Positions 56,140 through 64,000 of a DNA stretch of 64,000 bases are shown in pieces. The stretch lies in the NCBI RefSeq assembly GCF_009914755.1, contig NC_060935.1. One strand, given 5' to 3'. The first letter of the stretch is position 1. Each line of letters starts with the position of its first letter. Source of the stretch: the human T2T-CHM13v2.0 reference genome, Homo sapiens. The notes under the pieces are model-generated. The model worked only from the letters and a program-made list of their open reading frames with translations. It did no database searches and was not told where the DNA came from. Both the position numbers and the translations under genes were made by a program.

Positions 56140-57389
56140 GTGGAACTCTTTGGGTGATATACAAGGAATCATTGTTTGTCATTTTAAGTTCCAGGATATT
56201 TTTTTAAATGAATGCCTATATGAAACTTCTCTTATGCACAACTATATATCTCCTCCATGCACCTCTTGTCCCAATTTCTTCTACATGATCAGTTCTTTTA
56301 TTTAAAATTATTTTATTTATTTAATTCCAGGACACATGTGCAGGATGTGCAGGTTTGTTCCATAGGTAAACATGTGCCATGATAATTTGCTGCACCTATC
56401 AACCTGTCACCTACGTATTAAGCCCAGCATGCATTAACTCTTTTCCCTAATGCTCTCTCTCCCTCCCTCTGGCTTTCACCCAGCAGGCTCCAGTGTGTGT
56501 TGTTCCCCTCTCTGTATCCATATGTTTTCATTGTTTAGCTCCCATTTATGAGCGAAAACATGTAGTATTTGGTTTTTTATTCCTCCATTAGTTTGCTGAG
56601 GATAATGGCTTCCAGTTTTATACATGTCCCTGCAAAGGACATGATCTCATTTTTTTTTATGGCTGCATAGTATTATTCCATGGAGGATATGTACCAAATT
56701 GTGAATAGTACTGCAGTGAACATATATGTGCATGTATCTTTATAATAGAATGATTTATATTCCTTTGGATATATACCCAGTAATTGGATTACTGGGTCAA
56801 ATGGTATTTCTGGTTCTACATCTTTTACACATTACTGCACCATTTTCCACAATGGTTGAACTAATTTACATTCCCACCATCAGTGTGAAAGTGTTACTAT
56901 TTCTCTGCAAGCCTCTCCAGCATCTGTTGTTTCCTGACTAAGCAGTCTTCTAGTTACATTGCATAGAAGCAGGAAGGCAGTGCCTTGCAATGCTTGCTTT
57001 CTGTCCCAAGATTTCTTTGATTTTGTGATGTGGTACAATCTGAGAACCCATTTCAGGACTAACTTAGACAAAATCTTAAAATGTATCAAAATGTTATCTT
57101 TAATCAATGATGTATGGGAACTAAGAGATAGTGCTTCTTTATTTAGTGCCCCTGGCAGACAATTCTGAGATGCATTTCATAAGGTTTTTTACAATTTTCC
57201 AGTAACTTTAGCACCTGTCATGCATAGCTATTGTCAACTTTTTATTGCATACATGCATTGGTTTTTCCTTATTTTCTTCTCTACTCCCTGTTTGCTCACT
57301 CCTACTCCACAATATCACTTCTCCAATAAATTAGCTTTGTGCAAACCTTTGTTTCAAGCTCTCAGTCTGAAAGGATCTGAGAAATAACA
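56140..57389 (+). mobile_element. LTR16-family ERVL LTR split by L1PA
   Basis: GACAATTCTGAGATGCAT...ATCACTTCTCCAATAAATTA...CAAACCTTTGTTTCAAGCTCT. Left boundary uncertain. Confidence 0.65.
56295..56939 (-). mobile_element. 5'-truncated L1PA (PA7/PA8-like) 3' end
   Basis: ACATGTGCAGGATGTGCAGGTTTG...CCAGCATCTGTTGTTTCCTGACT; internal deletion near 56700. Confidence 0.92.
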
Positions 57390-58179
<790 letters not shown>

Positions 58180-58180
<1 letters not shown>

Positions 58181-58469
58181 AGATTTTTAATTATTTCAGT
58201 CATTTGAAATTTATTGAGGCTTGTTTTATTCTGCAAAATACAGACTGCCTTGTCAATGTCTCATGAGTCTTTGAAAAGAATGCGTATTCTTCAGTTTTAG
58301 GTGTGGTTTCCTGTAAACATCAAGTAGATCAAGATGGTTAATAATATAGTTCCAATTCTCAGTCTCTTTCTAATACTTATTCAGTAAATTATTAAGATAT
58401 GAGTTTTTAAATATCCAGTTATAATTGCAATTTCATCTCTTTATTTTTGACAGTTTTGATTGGTGTATA
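58180..58469 (-). mobile_element. Old L1M ORF2 fragment
   Basis: TTTGAAATTTATTGAGGCTTG...TTGAAAAGAATGCGTATTCT. Confidence 0.7.
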
Positions 58470-60076
<1,607 letters not shown>

Positions 60077-60431
60077 AGAAGCAAAAGATACAAATAAATG
60101 AAAAGACAACTTGTGCTCATGGATTGGAAAACATTATATTGTTCAAATGTTCATACTGCCCAAAGTAAGATACAGATTTAATGAAATCCCTACAAAACTC
60201 TGATGGAATTTATTACAGAAATAGAAAAAAAAATCTAAAGTTTTTATGGAGCAAAAATGGATCCCCCAAATACACAAAACAATCTTGATAAAGAATAAAG
60301 ATTGAAGCTGCACACTTCCTGATTTCAAAACATATTACAAAACTGCAGTAATCAAAACACTATCATATGGGCATAAATACAGACATGTAGACAAATAAAA
60401 CAGAGAATCCAGAAATAAAACTGTGAATATG
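60077..60431 (+). mobile_element. Inverted L1 ORF2 segment abutting the preceding L1
   Basis: AAGATACAAATAAATG...CAGAGAATCCAGAAATAAA; in the consensus it lies just upstream of the minus-strand breakpoint. Confidence 0.82.
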
Positions 60432-63400
60432 GGAGCCTATTGAGAGACCTGGAGGGAGCCACACCTTTTTATACAATTGGTAATAGGCCTGCAACATGCA
60501 GACTCTCATACTAGAGCCACTCATACTTGCCAAAGTTCAGGAAACAATCCAGGACACCTAGGGACAAGAGAGAAGTCATGCCAACCAGTGCCTCTAGTAA
60601 CAAGCCCACCAGCTTCACAGCCACTGCAGATTTCTCTAGATCCAACGGCTGATGCATTATCTGGATCCAACTCCTGTCACCACAAGGATTGTGAGGCAGT
60701 CCTTCAGCCCTGACAGGAGAAGGCCCTAAAGTGTTAAAGCCAGTCTTTAAAGACTAAGATGTATTTGCTCCTTCAAATGCACAGACACTATCACAAAGGT
60801 TCACAGATAGCAAAAATCAGACAAACATGATACCACCAAAGGAAACTAATAAAACTCAAGTAATCATTCCCAATAATATGCAGATCTATGAATGTCTGAA
60901 AAAATTCAAAACAGACATCTTAAAGAAAATCAGTGAGATTCAAGAAAACACAGATGACTAAATAAAAAAAGAAAAACAATGTATTAACAAGATGAGAAGT
61001 TTAATAAGGTCAGAGAAACCATTAAAAAGGACCAAACAGAAATTATGGAGCTGAAGAATACAGTGATAGAACTGAAAAACTCATTGTAGACCTTCAACAG
61101 CAAATTTGATCATCCAAAACAAAAAGTTAGTGAACTCAAAGACAGGTCATTTGAAATCAAATAGTTAGAGGAATAAAAAGAAAACAAATGAAAAAGAATG
61201 AAGAAAACATGAGGGACCATTGGGACACCATCAAATGTACAAATACATGATTTATGGCACTCTCCAAGGATAAGAGTGAGAGAAAAAAAGAATAATGCTT
61301 ATTGGCCAGGCGGAATGGCTCACACCTGTAATCCCAGCACTTTGGGAGGCCGAGGCAGGCAGATCAAGAGTTTGAGACCAGCCTGGCCAACATGTTAAAA
61401 CCCCGTCTCTACTAAAAATACAAAAATTAGCCGGGTATGATGGCACATGCCTGTAGTCCCCGCCACTTGGGAGGCTGAGGCAAGAGAATTGCTTGAACAC
61501 GGGAAGCGCAGCAGAGTTTGCAGTGAGCCGAGATTGCACCACTGCACTCCAGCCTGGGCAACCAAGCGAAACTCTAAAAACAAAACAAACAAACAAACAA
61601 ACAAAAAATGCTTATTTGAGGACATAATGTCTGAAAGCTTCCCAAATCTTGGAAAAAATATTGACATCCAGAACCATGAAGCTCAAAAAACGTCCAAGCA
61701 TGATAATTCCAAAGAATAATAGTCTGAAACACAATATAATGAAATTATCAAAAGTCAAATAGCGATAGCAAGATAATAGAGATTTGTGACATATAAACTG
61801 TCTCATATAAGGCTATCAGCACACTCCTCAACAGAAACCTTGCAAGCCAGGAAAGAGCAGGATAATATATTCAGACTGCTAAGAAAAAAGTAATTGTCAA
61901 GCTAGAATACCATAACTGGCAAAGTGGTCCTTAGGATATGAAGAAAAAATAAAAACATTCCGATACAAACAAAGGCTGATGGAATTCATCACTAAAGACC
62001 AGCTTTACAAGAAATGCTTAAGGGAATTCTTCAAGTTAAAACAAAAGGTCACTAAGTACCAACATAAAAACATGACATTATAAAATAACTGGTAACAGTA
62101 AAATAGAGTCAAAATTCAGAATACTCTAATGCTGTAATTGTGGTGTATAAATTACTTTTAACTCTGGTATAAGACCTAAAAGTCAAAAGTATTTTTAAAA
62201 AATAGCTACAATCATTAGTTAATGATGTGCAATATAAAAAGACATGTCAAGTTCGACATCAGTAGCATAAAACAAAAAAGAGGAGAGAAGTAAAATTGTA
62301 GAGATTTTGCAATCTAGAATATTATAAAAATGCTTTATGTAAGCCCCATAGTAACTACTAATAAAAAGGCCAAGTACAAATACAAAAGATAAAGAGAAAA
62401 GGATCAAAGCATACCACTGCAAAAATTTAAAATATCATAAAGGAAGACAGCAATATTGAAAAAAAAGGAATAAATAAAATTCCAAGGAGTCAGTAAACAA
62501 TTAACAAAATGGCAGTAGTACGGTATGATGTGTCAAAAATTTCTTTAAATATTAATGAAGTAATTTTCCAATCAAAAGACACAAAGGTTAAATAAATTAA
62601 GACAAAACAAAACAAAAAGATTCAAAAATAGGCCGCCAACAAGAGATTTACATTACCCTTCATGAGAACACATATAAACTGAAAATGATAGAAAAAGTGA
62701 TTCTATGCAAATGGAGCTAAAGAGAGAAGAGGTGAATATACTTGTATCAGACAAAATAGGCTTTAAGTAAAAAACTGTAAAAAGAGACAAAAGCAATCAT
62801 TATATATTGATAAAGGAGTCAATTCATCAAGTTATGTAACATTTAAATATATATGCACCAAAAATTGGAGCACCTGAATATACAATGCAAATATTAATAT
62901 ATATGAAGAGTGAGATGGACTGCAACACAATAAAAGTAGGTAATTTCAATACACCACTTTCAAAACTGAACAGGTTATCCAGACATGAAATCAATTAGAA
63001 AATGTTAGATTCGAACTAAACTTTAGACAAAATGAACACAACAGATATATACAAACATTCCATCCAATAGCTGCAGAGTACACATTTTTCTCAGCTGCAT
63101 ACAAAACATTTTCCAGGATAGAAAAAATATTAGGAAACATAAGAAGCCTTAACGAATTTAAGAAATCTGAAATTACATAAAGTATCTGTCAAATCATTCC
63201 ACCACAATGGGATGAAATTATAAATCAATACAAGAGGAAATTTGTAAAAGACGTCTATGGAATTTAAAGAACATTGTTCAGTACAACCAAGGAGTTTAAG
63301 AATAATGCAAAAGGAAAATTTAAAAATATCCTGAGACAATAAAAGAGAAATATAACATACCATGTCATATGGGATACAACAAAAGCTGTTCTAAGAGGAA

Positions 63401-64000
63401 AGTTTATAGCAATAAATGCCTACATTAAAAAGAAGAACTCAAATAAACTAAGTTCACCTCAAGGAATTAGAAAGAGAACAAACTAAACCCAAATTCAGTA
63501 GAAGAAAATAAATAATAAAGACCAGAAAAGAAATAGATTAAATAGAGACTACAAAAACAATTTTAAAACAATGTAGTTAAAAGTCATTTTTAATACAGAA
63601 AAATTAACACACATTTAGACTAAGGAAAAAGAGAAAGGTTCAAGTAAATAAAATTAAAAATGAAAAAGGAGATATTACAACTGATAGTGTAGAAATACAA
63701 GGGAAGGATAATAAGATAATACTCTTAGCAATTATATACACCAAAAAGATTGGATAACCTAGAAAAACAGAAAATATTTTAGACACAAACAACCTACCAA
63801 GATTGAATCATGAAGAATGAGAAAATCTAACAGACCAATCATGATTAAAGAGACTGAATTGGTAATAAATGGTCTCCGAACAAGGAAAAATTCAGGACCT
63901 AATGGCTTTATTGCTGAATTCTAACAAATATTTAAAAAATTAGTATGAATTTTTATCAAAATCTTCCAAAAAATTAGAAGAGAGGAAATACTTTCATTCT
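60432..64000 (+). mobile_element. L1M 5'UTR-ORF1-ORF2 (endonuclease) region, decayed, continuing beyond the window
   Basis: ORF1-like AACTCAAAGACAGGTCATTTGAAAT; ORF2 endonuclease-like ATATATGCACC...GGAGCACC; GGACCTAATGGCTTTATTGCTGAATTCTA. Confidence 0.88.
61304..61604 (+). mobile_element. AluS with a small left-arm deletion
   Basis: TSD AATGCTTATT; (CAAA)n tail. Confidence 0.92.

Overview
This window is AT-rich primate genomic DNA. It is catarrhine and probably hominoid, since AluY and LTR12/ERV9 are present. I recognise no protein-coding exon, RNA gene or CpG-island promoter. More than half of it is decayed transposable elements: L1 of many ages, about 20 Alu/FLAM copies, MIR, L2, about 11 LTRs (THE1, MST, MLT1, MLT2, MER52, MER66, LTR12 x2, LTR16, LTR33) and DNA transposons (MER44A, MER2, MER3). 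The longer ORFs in the supplied track sit in Alu, L1 or LTR remnants, and the rest are short AT-rich frames with no coding signal. I found no evidence of a new gene system. The most notable features are structural or regulatory: (i) two independently inserted, convergent LTR12 promoters 2.45 kb apart, one with 8 intact CCAAT boxes and a mutated poly(A) signal; (ii) a ~100-bp templated inverted duplication inside an L1; (iii) a tandem duplication whose junction is a snap-back hairpin; (iv) two twin-priming-type L1 inversions; (v) a triple-TSD stacked Alu pair; (vi) a tail-to-tail FLAM hairpin; (vii) two non-repeat, motif-dense candidate enhancers; (viii) a minus-strand bias of L1s and LTRs, suggesting an intron of a + strand gene. 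Subfamily names come from recalled consensus sequences, not a RepeatMasker run, and the boundaries of old elements are approximate.
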